From: Gemmatimonadales bacterium
Lineage (GTDB): Bacteria; Gemmatimonadota; Gemmatimonadetes; Gemmatimonadales; GWC2-71-9
Assembly: GCA_035602245.1 (NCBI GenBank)
Contig: DATNMO010000029.1
Location: forward strand, 3,965 to 67,964
Reading direction: 5' to 3'
Length of the DNA stretch: 64,000 nt
Shown: positions 35,054 through 43,382 of the stretch, piece by piece
Position numbering within the stretch: the stretch's first letter is position 1
Layout of the letters: every line of letters starts with the position of its first letter
Translations under genes and position numbers: made by a program
The notes under the pieces: model-generated
Databases searched by the model: none
Seen by the model: only the letters and a program-made list of their open reading frames with translations
Told to the model about the DNA's origin: nothing

Positions 35054-35853
35054 CAATCGACCGGGAACGCGCCGCGCGGGAAGATGCGGGCGGCGTTCTT
35101 CCAGCGGATCATCGCCATCTCGTCCTTGTTGAGCAGCGTCTCGAGATAGCGGAGCTTGGCCCAGCCGGTGTCCATCGTGAGATCCGTGCCCCACAGCAGC
35201 CGGCTCACGCCGGCCGCCGCGACGCAGGCCTCGAGCATCCCGCCGTCCACGCCGCTGCCCGACAAGTCCACATATACGTTGGACACGTCAGCGACGGCAT
35301 GGAGCGAGTGCAGCCAGTCGCCGCCACCGCCGATGTGCGCCAGGATGAACGCGACGTCCGGGTGGCGCCGGGCCAGGGTGCACAGCTCGCCGGCATCCGA
35401 GGCTTCCTGGCCGGGCCAATCGCGGCGGCGGTGCTGCCAGACGTGCTGGAGCACGGGGACGCCCCGCTCCCCAGCCAGCACGCCGATCGGATCGAGCAGC
35501 GGATCGTCCGCGCGGCGGCTCGCCGCCAGCTTGATCCCGATCATTCCCGCGTCGAGGCAGCGGACGATCTCGGCGCGAGCGTGCGCGCTGTAGTTCGGAT
35601 TGACGCATACATATCCGCGGATCCTGGCAGGATGCGCCCGTTGCAGCACCAGCAGGGCGTCGTTCCCCGCGGTCACGTCACGCTGCGAGGGGAAGTAGAT
35701 GGGCGACGTCAGCCCCCAACTGCCGAGGATCGACGCCACATGGACCGAAATCCCGATCTTCTCCCCGGCCGCCAGCCTGCTGGCGTTGCGCTCGCGCCAG
35801 TCGGCGCGGGGGGTGCGGTCGTGAAGGAAATGAGCGTGGACGTCGATGAGCAT
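35053..35853 (-). CDS. Amidohydrolase family (Amidohydrolase_2 / ACMSD-like) metal-dependent hydrolase
   Basis: MLIDVHAHFLHD carries the HxH motif. Later His and Asp ligands occur in ILAHIGGG and WGTDL. Confidence 0.75.
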   Translation of the reverse strand: MLIDVHAHFLHDRTPRADWRERNASRLAAGEKIGISVHVASILGSWGLTSPIYFPSQRDVTAGNDALLVLQRAHPARIRGYVCVNPNYSAHARAEIVRCLDAGMIGIKLAASRRADDPLLDPIGVLAGERGVPVLQHVWQHRRRDWPGQEASDAGELCTLARRHPDVAFILAHIGGGGDWLHSLHAVADVSNVYVDLSGSGVDGGMLEACVAAAGVSRLLWGTDLTMDTGWAKLRYLETLLNKDEMAMIRWKNAARIFPRGAFPVD

Positions 35854-35864
35854 GCCGAAATACT

Positions 35865-35894
35865 AGACGCGCAGACGCCCAGACGCCAAGACGC
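35865..35894. repeat. Four tandem AGACGC hexamers at an 8-bp period in a divergent intergenic region
   Basis: The sequence reads AGACGCgcAGACGCccAGACGCcaAGACGC. It begins 12 nt upstream of the amidohydrolase ATG (minus strand) and lies about 70 nt upstream of the Yip1 gene start. Confidence 0.8.
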
Positions 35895-35963
35895 ACCACG
35901 AAAAGCTGGCGCGGAGCCGCCGCACCCCTATCTTGGTGCTCGACTTGCTCGAGGAGGGCAGCC

Positions 35964-36536
35964 GTGACGCGATCGATGATCAGCCGGGTGAAGTACATTC
36001 TGCTCCAACCACGCATCAGTTGGAAGGAGATCGACCGCGAGTTCACGAAGCCCAGCGAGCTGTGGGGGAAATACATTCTGCCGCTGGCGGTGATCGGGCC
36101 GCTCTGCGGCACCATCGGCAGGGTGCTCTTCGGCGCGCGGATTCCCCTGACCAGCCTGACCAACCCCGTACCCCTCTCCACCGCGATCACGTGGGGCGTC
36201 GCTGCTTACGTGCTCTCGCTCATCGGCCTCTTCGTCACCGCGCAGATCGTCAATCTCCTGGCACCGGGATTCGGCGGGCAGAAGAATGACGTGCAGGCGC
36301 TGAAGGCGGCAACCTATTCCAGCACGGCGCACTGGATCGGCGGCGTGTTCACACTCGTCCCGGCGCTCGCGCTCGTGAGTCTGATCTTCTCGCTCTACAG
36401 CGTCTATCTGCTGTTCCTCGGGCTGCCGGTCGTCATGAAGGTGCCCGAGGACCGATCGATGGGATACACGGCGGTCGTCCTCATCGCGTCGATTGTCGTG
36501 TTCCTGATCTTGGGGGCGGTCCTCAGCGCCTTCTAG
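35964..36536 (+). CDS. Yip1 family membrane protein
   Basis: The GTG is preceded by GGAGGG. The N-terminus is VKYILLQPRISWKEIDREFTKPSELWGKYILPLAVIG, followed by 4-5 TM segments. Confidence 0.7.
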   Translation: MTRSMISRVKYILLQPRISWKEIDREFTKPSELWGKYILPLAVIGPLCGTIGRVLFGARIPLTSLTNPVPLSTAITWGVAAYVLSLIGLFVTAQIVNLLAPGFGGQKNDVQALKAATYSSTAHWIGGVFTLVPALALVSLIFSLYSVYLLFLGLPVVMKVPEDRSMGYTAVVLIASIVVFLILGAVLSAF

Positions 36537-37330
36537 GCCCCCCCGCGGAAAGCGGTGCGGGTCACCCCGCCCTCGCGGGCGAGCAACGCTGCCCCCCCGA
36601 GCAGCCCGGCCACGGCGAACGCCACCAGCGCTGCGATGTCGAGCGCCAGCGGCAGCTCGCCGCCGTAGCCCGCGCCCCGCCATCCGCCCAAGAGGGCGTG
36701 CTTAAGCAGATCGACTCCGTAGGCCAGCGGGTTGAGATACACGAGCGCCTGCAGCGCCGAACCCAGCCGGCGCACCGGGTAGAGCGCCCCCGAGAGAAAC
36801 AGCATCGGGAAGACCACGAAGTTCATCACGCCCGCGAAGTTCTCGATCGAGCGGATGCTCGCAGCCAGGACCAGCCCCAGCGCGCCCATCGCGAGACTCG
36901 ATAACACGACGCCCGCGAGAGCCAGGAGCAGCGACTGGGGGCCCGGCCACAGCTGCACGAGCGAGAGGAGAATCACACCGACCGCAACGGCCTGGGTCGT
37001 TCCGAGCAGGGTCGCCCCCAGGATTTTGCCGAGCGCGACCGTGCTGCGGCGAATGGGCGCCACGAGAACCATGCGCAGCACCCCAGCGTCGCGGTCCGTC
37101 ACGGTGGAAAGCGCCGCGAGCAGCGACCCGAACATCACGACCATGCCGAGCAACCCCGGCGCCATGTAACGCCGGTAATCGATCTCTCCCGCACCGGTGA
37201 AGACGGTCGCGAACCCGGCGCCGGCGAAGATCAGCCACACGAACGGTCGCGCCAGACTCGCCAGGACGCGACCCCGTTGTCGCCAAAAGCGCACCAGCTC
37301 GCGCACGACGATCCCGAATACCGGTCGCAT
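36533..37330 (-). CDS. ABC-2 type transporter permease
   Basis: MRPVFGIVVRELVRFWRQRGRV... is a typical ABC-2 N-terminus, followed by six TM segments. It starts 2 nt after the ATPase stop. Confidence 0.85.
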   Translation of the reverse strand: MRPVFGIVVRELVRFWRQRGRVLASLARPFVWLIFAGAGFATVFTGAGEIDYRRYMAPGLLGMVVMFGSLLAALSTVTDRDAGVLRMVLVAPIRRSTVALGKILGATLLGTTQAVAVGVILLSLVQLWPGPQSLLLALAGVVLSSLAMGALGLVLAASIRSIENFAGVMNFVVFPMLFLSGALYPVRRLGSALQALVYLNPLAYGVDLLKHALLGGWRGAGYGGELPLALDIAALVAFAVAGLLGGAALLAREGGVTRTAFRGGA

Positions 37331-37332
37331 CG

Positions 37333-38085
37333 TCAGGCCGCGCTCGGCTCGGCGAGCGGATGGCCGGTGCGCGCGAGAAACACCTCCTCGAGCGAATTCA
37401 CGGCCGCGGCCCGCTTGAGCTCGGCCGGCGTCCCCAGCGCGACGAGCCGCCCGCCGTCGATCACCGCGACGCGGTCGCACGGCTCCGCCTCCTCGACGTA
37501 GTGCGTCGTGAGGAAAACGGTGAGCCCGGACGCCCGGCGCAGCTGCCGGATCAGCTCCCACAACGAGCGCCGGGCGCGGGGATCGAGGCCCGCGGTGGGC
37601 TCGTCAAGGAACAGCACCCGCGGCTGGTGCAGGATGCCGCGGGCGACGTCGAGGGCCCGTCGCATGCCGCCCGACAGCGCGCGCACGGGATCGCGCCGCC
37701 GCTCGAGCAACCCGAATTGGCCGAGCAGCTCGGCAATCCGCGGGGCAGCCAGCCGGCCCGGCAGGCTCCACAGCCGCGCCGCGAAGTGGAGGTTTTCTTC
37801 CACCGTGAGATCGCGGTCGAGCGTCGTCTCCTGGAACACGAGGCCGATGCTGCGCCGAGTGCGGAGGTCGTCGCGCACGACGTCATAGCCGGCGACCCGG
37901 GCCGTGCCGCGCGTCGGCTTGAGGAGGGTGGCGAGCAGATGGACCGTCGTGGTCTTCCCGGCGCCGTTCGGCCCCAGGCAACCGAAAAACTCGCCTTCAT
38001 GCACGGCGAGGTCGAGCTTGTCGAGCGCGCGGATCGAGCCGAAATCTTTGCCGAGACCGCGGGCTTCGATGGCGGGTGCGGTCAT
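37333..38085 (-). CDS. ABC transporter ATP-binding protein (ABC-2 exporter type)
   Basis: The Walker A is GPNGAGKTT, the signature is LSGGMRR and the Walker B is VLFLDEPT. The ATG overlaps the pqqE stop (ATGA). Confidence 0.9.
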   Translation of the reverse strand: MTAPAIEARGLGKDFGSIRALDKLDLAVHEGEFFGCLGPNGAGKTTTVHLLATLLKPTRGTARVAGYDVVRDDLRTRRSIGLVFQETTLDRDLTVEENLHFAARLWSLPGRLAAPRIAELLGQFGLLERRRDPVRALSGGMRRALDVARGILHQPRVLFLDEPTAGLDPRARRSLWELIRQLRRASGLTVFLTTHYVEEAEPCDRVAVIDGGRLVALGTPAELKRAAAVNSLEEVFLARTGHPLAEPSAA

Positions 38086-39206
38086 TCCTTCGTGGCGAGC
38101 GCGCGCGAGGCGGGCGCCGCGCGGTAGGTCCACTCTTCGGGCGTCACTTCCGCCGCAGCGGCCCGCTCGACCTCGGCGATGGTCGCGTCGATCAAGTGCC
38201 GGCGCGGCGAGAGCGAACACACCGGATCGGTGACGCCCGCGTCGCCGGCGACGAGGAACGCCTGGCAGCGACAGCCACCGAAATCGACCTCCTTACGCGG
38301 GCAGGACCGGCACGGCTCGGGCATCCACGAATCGCCGCGGAAGCGGGTGAACGCGTCCGATTCCTGCCAGATCCACTCCAGCGACCGCTCGCGCACGTTG
38401 TCGAACCGAAGCGTCGTGATGCGTCCCGCCGCGTGGCACGGCCACACCTCACCGGCCGGCGTCACCGTCATGTACGAGCGCCCCCATCCCCCCATGCACG
38501 GCTTGGGGAACTGCTCGTGATAGTCGGGGAGGACCCAGACGATCTCCAGCCGGCTCCCGAGGCGCTGGCGCTCGCGCTGCACGACGGCCCACGCCGCCTC
38601 GAGCTGGGCCTTTGTAGGCATCAGGGTTTCGCGGTTGTGGAACGCCCAGCCGTAGAACTGCGTGTTGGCGAGCTCGATGCGCTCGGCACCGAGCGATTCG
38701 GCAAGCCGGATGAGCGCCTCCACCTGATGCAGGTTGCGGCGGTGCAGGACGACGTTGACGGTGAGGGGGAAGCCAAGCTCGCGCGTGTAGTGGTAGGCGG
38801 CGATCTTGTCGCGGTACGACTTGGTCCCGGCGATTTCGTCAGACAGCTCAGCGTCGGCGCCCTGGATGCTGATCTGTACGTGGTCGAGGCCCGCCTGCTG
38901 CAACGCGGTGAGCCGGTCCTTCGTCAGCCGATACGCCGACGTGATCAACGAGGTGTAGAGTCCGAGCCCATGCGCGGTACGGACCAGCTCCTCCAGGTCG
39001 GCACGGAGCGTCGGCTCGCCACCCGACAACCCGAGCTGCAGCACGCCGAGGGCCTTGGCCTCACGGAAGACGCGGCACCATTCCTCGGTCTTCAGCTCCT
39101 GCTTGAAGCGGCCGCCCGCGAAATCGAGCGGATTAGAGCAGTACGGGCATTGGAGTGGACACTTGTAGGTCAGCTCGGCAAGCAGCCACAGCGGCTTAGG
39201 GTCCAT
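38082..39206 (-). CDS. pqqE: PQQ biosynthesis radical SAM protein PqqE
   Basis: PLWLLAELTYKCPLQCPYCSNP is the CxxxCxxC motif. A SPASM-type Cys-rich C-terminus is present. The gene follows pqqD. Confidence 0.9.
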   Translation of the reverse strand: MDPKPLWLLAELTYKCPLQCPYCSNPLDFAGGRFKQELKTEEWCRVFREAKALGVLQLGLSGGEPTLRADLEELVRTAHGLGLYTSLITSAYRLTKDRLTALQQAGLDHVQISIQGADAELSDEIAGTKSYRDKIAAYHYTRELGFPLTVNVVLHRRNLHQVEALIRLAESLGAERIELANTQFYGWAFHNRETLMPTKAQLEAAWAVVQRERQRLGSRLEIVWVLPDYHEQFPKPCMGGWGRSYMTVTPAGEVWPCHAAGRITTLRFDNVRERSLEWIWQESDAFTRFRGDSWMPEPCRSCPRKEVDFGGCRCQAFLVAGDAGVTDPVCSLSPRRHLIDATIAEVERAAAAEVTPEEWTYRAAPASRALATKE

Positions 39207-39465
39207 AGAGCACCAGTCCCTTCGCCGCGAGCCCGTCCAGGAGCGTGCAGACGTCCGGCTCCAGGCCGGTCGCTCCGTACCGTTGCTCGAGGGTCGCCAC
39301 GATGGCGGCGAGCGAACGAACCCCATCGCACAGCCCCAGGATCTCCGCTCCAGTGGGGTTCAGAATGACGAGTCCCTCGGGATACAGCAGGACGTGGCGT
39401 TTGCGGACATCGTCCCATTGCAGCCGCGCCTTCGCCGCGATCCGGGGCACGGCCGCCGCGCCCAC
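39196..39465 (-). CDS. pqqD: PQQ biosynthesis peptide chaperone PqqD
   Basis: This ~89-aa protein reads ...LLYPEGLVILNPTGAEILGLCDGVRSLAAIVATLEQRY. The start is the GTG at 39465 (or the TTG at 39474). It overlaps pqqE by 11 nt. Confidence 0.85.
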   Translation of the reverse strand: MGAAAVPRIAAKARLQWDDVRKRHVLLYPEGLVILNPTGAEILGLCDGVRSLAAIVATLEQRYGATGLEPDVCTLLDGLAAKGLVLYGP

Positions 39466-39470
39466 GCTAC

Positions 39471-40232
39471 TCAAGCGTCCGACCCCGGGAGCGACCCTCG
39501 CGACACCGCGTCGAGCAGGCACCACAGCACGTCGCACTTGAAGTCGAGCGCCGCGACGGCCCGGTCCTGCTCCGCGCGACTCCGGAACCGCTGGGTCACG
39601 AGCGCGAGCGCGTACGCCGCATCCCGCGGCGCCTGCGTCAGTCGATTCCTGAAGTATTGGAGGCCGTCGGGATCGACCCACTTGTAGTGGCTGAGGATCG
39701 CCGCGAGCCGCTCCTGCACGATGAGCGGCGCGAACAGCTCGGTCAGCGACGCGGCGACCGCCTCGAGCCACGGCCGCGTTCGACAGAAGTTGACGTAGGC
39801 GTCTACCGCGAAGCGCACGCCCGGCAGCAGTCGGCGTTGCGTCTGCAGATCGTCGCGCGATACCCCCATCGCCTCGCCGAGGCGCAGCCATGCCTCGATC
39901 CCACCCTCCTCGCCCGGCCGGCCGTCGTGATCGACGATCCGCTGTATCCACTGTTGGCGGACTTCACGCTCGGGGCAGTTGGCAAGGATGAGTGCGTCTT
40001 TGATGGGGATGTTGACCTGATAGTAGAAGCGGTTCGCGACCCAGAGCTGGAGCTCGGCGCGCGACAGCTCACCGCGGTGCATTCGTTGGTTGAAGGGATG
40101 CAGATGATGGTAACGGCGCTCCAGTACGGCGCGCAGCCGGTCCACTAGCTCGCCCTCTGCTGCGCCCTGTGACAAAAGGGCCGGGTTCGTCACCCGGCCC
40201 TTCTGTTGGCTACGACGGCTCGACTCACGCAT
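39471..40232 (-). CDS. pqqC: Pyrroloquinoline-quinone synthase PqqC
   Basis: YHHLHPFNQRMHRGELSRAELQLWVANRFYYQVNIPIKDALILANCPE...WIQRIVDHDG supports the call. An alternative GTG start at 40193 would give a more typical N-terminal length. Confidence 0.9.
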   Translation of the reverse strand: MRESSRRSQQKGRVTNPALLSQGAAEGELVDRLRAVLERRYHHLHPFNQRMHRGELSRAELQLWVANRFYYQVNIPIKDALILANCPEREVRQQWIQRIVDHDGRPGEEGGIEAWLRLGEAMGVSRDDLQTQRRLLPGVRFAVDAYVNFCRTRPWLEAVAASLTELFAPLIVQERLAAILSHYKWVDPDGLQYFRNRLTQAPRDAAYALALVTQRFRSRAEQDRAVAALDFKCDVLWCLLDAVSRGSLPGSDA

Positions 40233-40299
40233 TACCGGCGTAAGCGCCGACTTCCATCCCCAGCTCGACCACTTCGTACTCAGGCTTGGTCCACGACAT
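40225..40299 (-). CDS. pqqA: PQQ precursor peptide PqqA (24 codons; absent from the ORF track)
   Basis: My own translation of the minus strand gives MSWTKPEYEVVELGMEVGAYAGNA-stop. It has the W-x-K-P N-terminal motif and an E-x-x-x-Y pair (E16, Y20). GGAGG lies 7 nt upstream of the ATG. It sits immediately 5' of pqqC. Confidence 0.8.
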   Translation of the reverse strand: MSWTKPEYEVVELGMEVGAYAGNA

Positions 40300-40353
40300 T
40301 GAGAGCCTCCAGAAACAATGGTTGATCAACCGTTGCCAACCGCCAGCATATGA

Positions 40354-40369
40354 AGCACGCTGCGTGCCA
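40354..40369 (-). promoter_or_regulatory. Sigma-54 (-24/-12) promoter upstream of pqqA
   Basis: The minus strand reads TGGCACGCAGCGTGCT. Against the consensus TGGCACG-N4-TTGCW it matches 11 of 12 defined positions. The element lies about 55 nt upstream of the pqqA ATG, directly downstream of a sigma-54 activator gene. Confidence 0.6.
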
Positions 40370-40496
40370 GCCCTGACCGTGCCGATGCAACATCACAACC
40401 CATTGCTCTGCGTACGATTATCCCATTTTCGTAGAGATGGACCACTCCCAGCCCGAGGGCTAGTGCTGAGGCTTTTCACCCAGTACGTGGGTGGAA

Positions 40497-41918
40497 TCAC
40501 CCACCCAGCCCGAACTTCTTCAGACGATAGCGCAGTGTATCCCGCGAAATCCCGAGACGCTGGGCCGCCTTCGTCTGGTTCCCGCCGGCTTCGCGTAGCG
40601 CGCGTTCGATCATGGATCGTTCCCACTGCCCCAGGTCGACCCCCTGCGGCGGCAACGCCGGCGCGCCGGCTGCCGCTCCCGGTTCGAGCGGCGGGCCGTC
40701 GGCCGTGGTCAGCGCGTCCGCGTCGATCGACTCGGCACCTCCCGGGCTCGTCAGCGAGAGATGCGCGACGTCCAACGCGGGCCCGCGACTCCACAGGACG
40801 GCTCGCTCGATGACGTGGCTCAGCTCGCGCACGTTCCCCGGCCAGGGATAGGCGAGCAATAGATCGCGCGCCGGGGCGCTGATCTCTCGCACGGTCTTCC
40901 CGTACTTGGCGTTGAAGCGCCCCAGGAAATGCTCCGCCAGCTGGAGCACGTCCTCCCCGCGCTCGCGCAGCGGCGGCACCTGCAGGACAATCACCGCGAG
41001 GCGGAAATAGAGATCATTCCGGAACCGCTCCCGCCGCACCTCGCGCTCGAGATCGCGGTTCGTCGCGGCGATGATGCGCAGGTCCACCTTGCGCTCGCGG
41101 ACGCTCCCCACGCGCCGCACGGTGCGCTCCTCGATCGCTCTGAGCAGTTTCCCTTGCAGCGAGAGGTCGACGTCGCCGATCTCGTCGAGAAAGAGGAATC
41201 CGCCCTCAGCCGCCTCCATCAGACCGGGCTTCGACTCCTTGGCATCCGTGAACGCGCCGCGCTCGTGGCCGAACAGCTCGGACTCCATGAGGTTCGCGGG
41301 AAGCGCGGTGCAGTTGACCTCGATGAACGGCCGCGTGGCGCGGGGACCGGAGGCGTGGATCGCGTGGGCCAGGAGGCCCTTGCCCGTGCCCGTCTCGCCC
41401 GTCAGGAGCACCGGGGGCGTCTCGTCGAGCGCGGCGATCTGCCGTGCCCGCTCGAGGACCGCGCGGATCGCGGGCGACGCGCCGATCATGCCCGCGAACC
41501 CGACGTCCCGCGTCGCGCGCTGGCGGTAGTAGGACAGCTCCTGCTTCAGCAGGCGATCCGCACGCGCCCGCTCGGCGAGGAGCTTCAGCTCCTCCAGGTC
41601 CACCGGCTTCTTTACGTAATCAAAGGCGCCGAGCTTCACGGCTTCCACCGCACCCTCGATCGTGCCGTAGGCCGTCACCATGACGACCGGGAGCACCGGA
41701 TCGAATTCGCGGATGCGCTTGAGCAGCTCGATGCCGCTCATGCCCGGGAGACGGACGTCGGCAAATACCACGTCCGGCTGCACGCTGGCGAGCAGCTCGA
41801 GCGCCTTCTCTCCGGTGCTCGCGACCGCCGTCTCGTAGCCGTGGTCCGTGAGGTAAGCCTGGGCGGATCGCGCCAGGGTGTGTTCGTCATCGACGATCAG
41901 CACAGTGGCTCCGCTCAT
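40497..41918 (-). CDS. NtrC-family sigma-54-dependent response regulator (REC - AAA+ - Fis-type HTH)
   Basis: The REC domain is VLIVDDE...DVRLPGMSG. The AAA+ domain has GETGTGKGL and ESELFGHERGAFTDA (a GAFTGA variant). The C-terminal HTH is QTKAAQRLGISRDTLRYRLKK. There is an ATGA overlap with the kinase gene. Confidence 0.9.
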   Translation of the reverse strand: MSGATVLIVDDEHTLARSAQAYLTDHGYETAVASTGEKALELLASVQPDVVFADVRLPGMSGIELLKRIREFDPVLPVVMVTAYGTIEGAVEAVKLGAFDYVKKPVDLEELKLLAERARADRLLKQELSYYRQRATRDVGFAGMIGASPAIRAVLERARQIAALDETPPVLLTGETGTGKGLLAHAIHASGPRATRPFIEVNCTALPANLMESELFGHERGAFTDAKESKPGLMEAAEGGFLFLDEIGDVDLSLQGKLLRAIEERTVRRVGSVRERKVDLRIIAATNRDLEREVRRERFRNDLYFRLAVIVLQVPPLRERGEDVLQLAEHFLGRFNAKYGKTVREISAPARDLLLAYPWPGNVRELSHVIERAVLWSRGPALDVAHLSLTSPGGAESIDADALTTADGPPLEPGAAAGAPALPPQGVDLGQWERSMIERALREAGGNQTKAAQRLGISRDTLRYRLKKFGLGG

Positions 41919-43375
41919 GCGCCGTTCGCCACCGGCAGCCAGATCCGTACGGTGGTACCGCGGGCGACCACGCTCGCGATCTCCAGGCGGCCTCCCGCCT
42001 CTTCGACGTAGCGTTTGGCGATCGCGAGTCCGAGACCGGTGCCCTCAGGCCGCGTGGTGACGAAGGGCTCGCACACGGTCGGGAGGATCTCGGCGGGAAT
42101 CCCGGAGCCCGAGTCGGCAATCTCGATGGTAACTCCTCCCCCGTCCGAGCCGGTCTCGCCCGGTTCGGTCCGGGCTGCGATCGCGAGGCGTCCTCCCTCG
42201 GGCATGGCGGCGAGCGCGTTGGAGACGAGCTCCGTCAATGCCTGCTCGAGACGCATAGGGTCCACCAGAATCTCGGGGAGCCCCGCCGGAAAGCTGAGCT
42301 CCAGCTCGACGCGACGCTCGTGGAGCAGCGCGGAGAAGCCCGAGAGCGCCCCATCCACCAGCGCTCGCGCGCTGTCGCGCAGCGGATGGAAGGAGGCGGG
42401 CCGGGAGAACGCGAGCAAGTGGGCAATCCGGAGATCGAGCCGGTCCACCTGCTCGACGATGGCGTTCAGCTGCTCGCGTGCCGCGGGGACCTCCACTCGG
42501 TGTCGCGCGAGCTGCGCCGCGGCGCGCAGGCTCGCGAGCGGATTACGGAGGCCGTGCGCCACCGCCGCCGCCATCTGCCCGATCGAGGCGAGCTTCTCGG
42601 ACTGCACCAGCCGCGCGCGCGATTGGCGCAGCTGCTCCGTCATCTGGGCGAAGGCGCGCGCCAGGTCGCCAATCTCGTCACGGGATCGCGGCTGCATCAC
42701 ATGGTCCAGGTCGCCCGCACCCACGACGGCCATCGCTTGCCGCAGCTCGTTGAGCGGGCGCACCAGACTGCGTGAAATGAGCCACGACGCGACGAGGCCG
42801 GCGACGGCGGCGACCGCGATGATCACCCACAGAATCCGTCGTTCTGTCTCCACGATGCCGCGCACCTGCGCGAACGCTCGCTGCACGCTGAACACACGCG
42901 CCTGGCGATAGATCTCGCGGTTCACCTCCGCCAAGGCGGGCTGCAGACGCTCCACCAGCTCGTGGCGCGCGGTGCGATAGGCCGCGTCGCGCTGCCCCGC
43001 GTCGTAAAGCCTGAACACGCGATTGGCAACCGCCCGGATCTGGCCTTCGATATCGCGGACGCCGGTCGCGACCTTCATTTCATCGGAGGGAAGCCCGGCG
43101 GTCCAGCGCTCAAGCCAATAGTCCACGACCTGTTCGGTGAGCGGAAATTCCTGCTTCGCCCTGAGGTCTCCACCGAGGTAGCGCCAGACCACCTGGGATT
43201 GGTTGAACATGGCGTTTTCCACTTCGGCGTAGGTGCGCGAACGCGCCAGGCGTTGGCCTAGCTCCTCCAGCGTCGCCTGCTCGAGCGCGTTGCTCCGAAC
43301 CGCCTGGATCCCGACGAGCAAGGCAGGGACAACCATGAGCGAGAACCCCAGCAGCAGCTTGCGCTGGAGTGTCAC
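41915..43375 (-). CDS. Sensor histidine kinase (periplasmic/helical sensor - HAMP - HisKA - HATPase_c)
   Basis: The GTG at 43375 lies 7 nt after the pqqB stop. There are two TM segments. The H-box is SIGQMAAAVAHGLRNPL. The ATP-binding region is DSGSGIP...GTGLGLAIAKR. Confidence 0.85.
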   Translation of the reverse strand: MTLQRKLLLGFSLMVVPALLVGIQAVRSNALEQATLEELGQRLARSRTYAEVENAMFNQSQVVWRYLGGDLRAKQEFPLTEQVVDYWLERWTAGLPSDEMKVATGVRDIEGQIRAVANRVFRLYDAGQRDAAYRTARHELVERLQPALAEVNREIYRQARVFSVQRAFAQVRGIVETERRILWVIIAVAAVAGLVASWLISRSLVRPLNELRQAMAVVGAGDLDHVMQPRSRDEIGDLARAFAQMTEQLRQSRARLVQSEKLASIGQMAAAVAHGLRNPLASLRAAAQLARHRVEVPAAREQLNAIVEQVDRLDLRIAHLLAFSRPASFHPLRDSARALVDGALSGFSALLHERRVELELSFPAGLPEILVDPMRLEQALTELVSNALAAMPEGGRLAIAARTEPGETGSDGGGVTIEIADSGSGIPAEILPTVCEPFVTTRPEGTGLGLAIAKRYVEEAGGRLEIASVVARGTTVRIWLPVANGA

Positions 43376-43382
43376 GCGCGCC

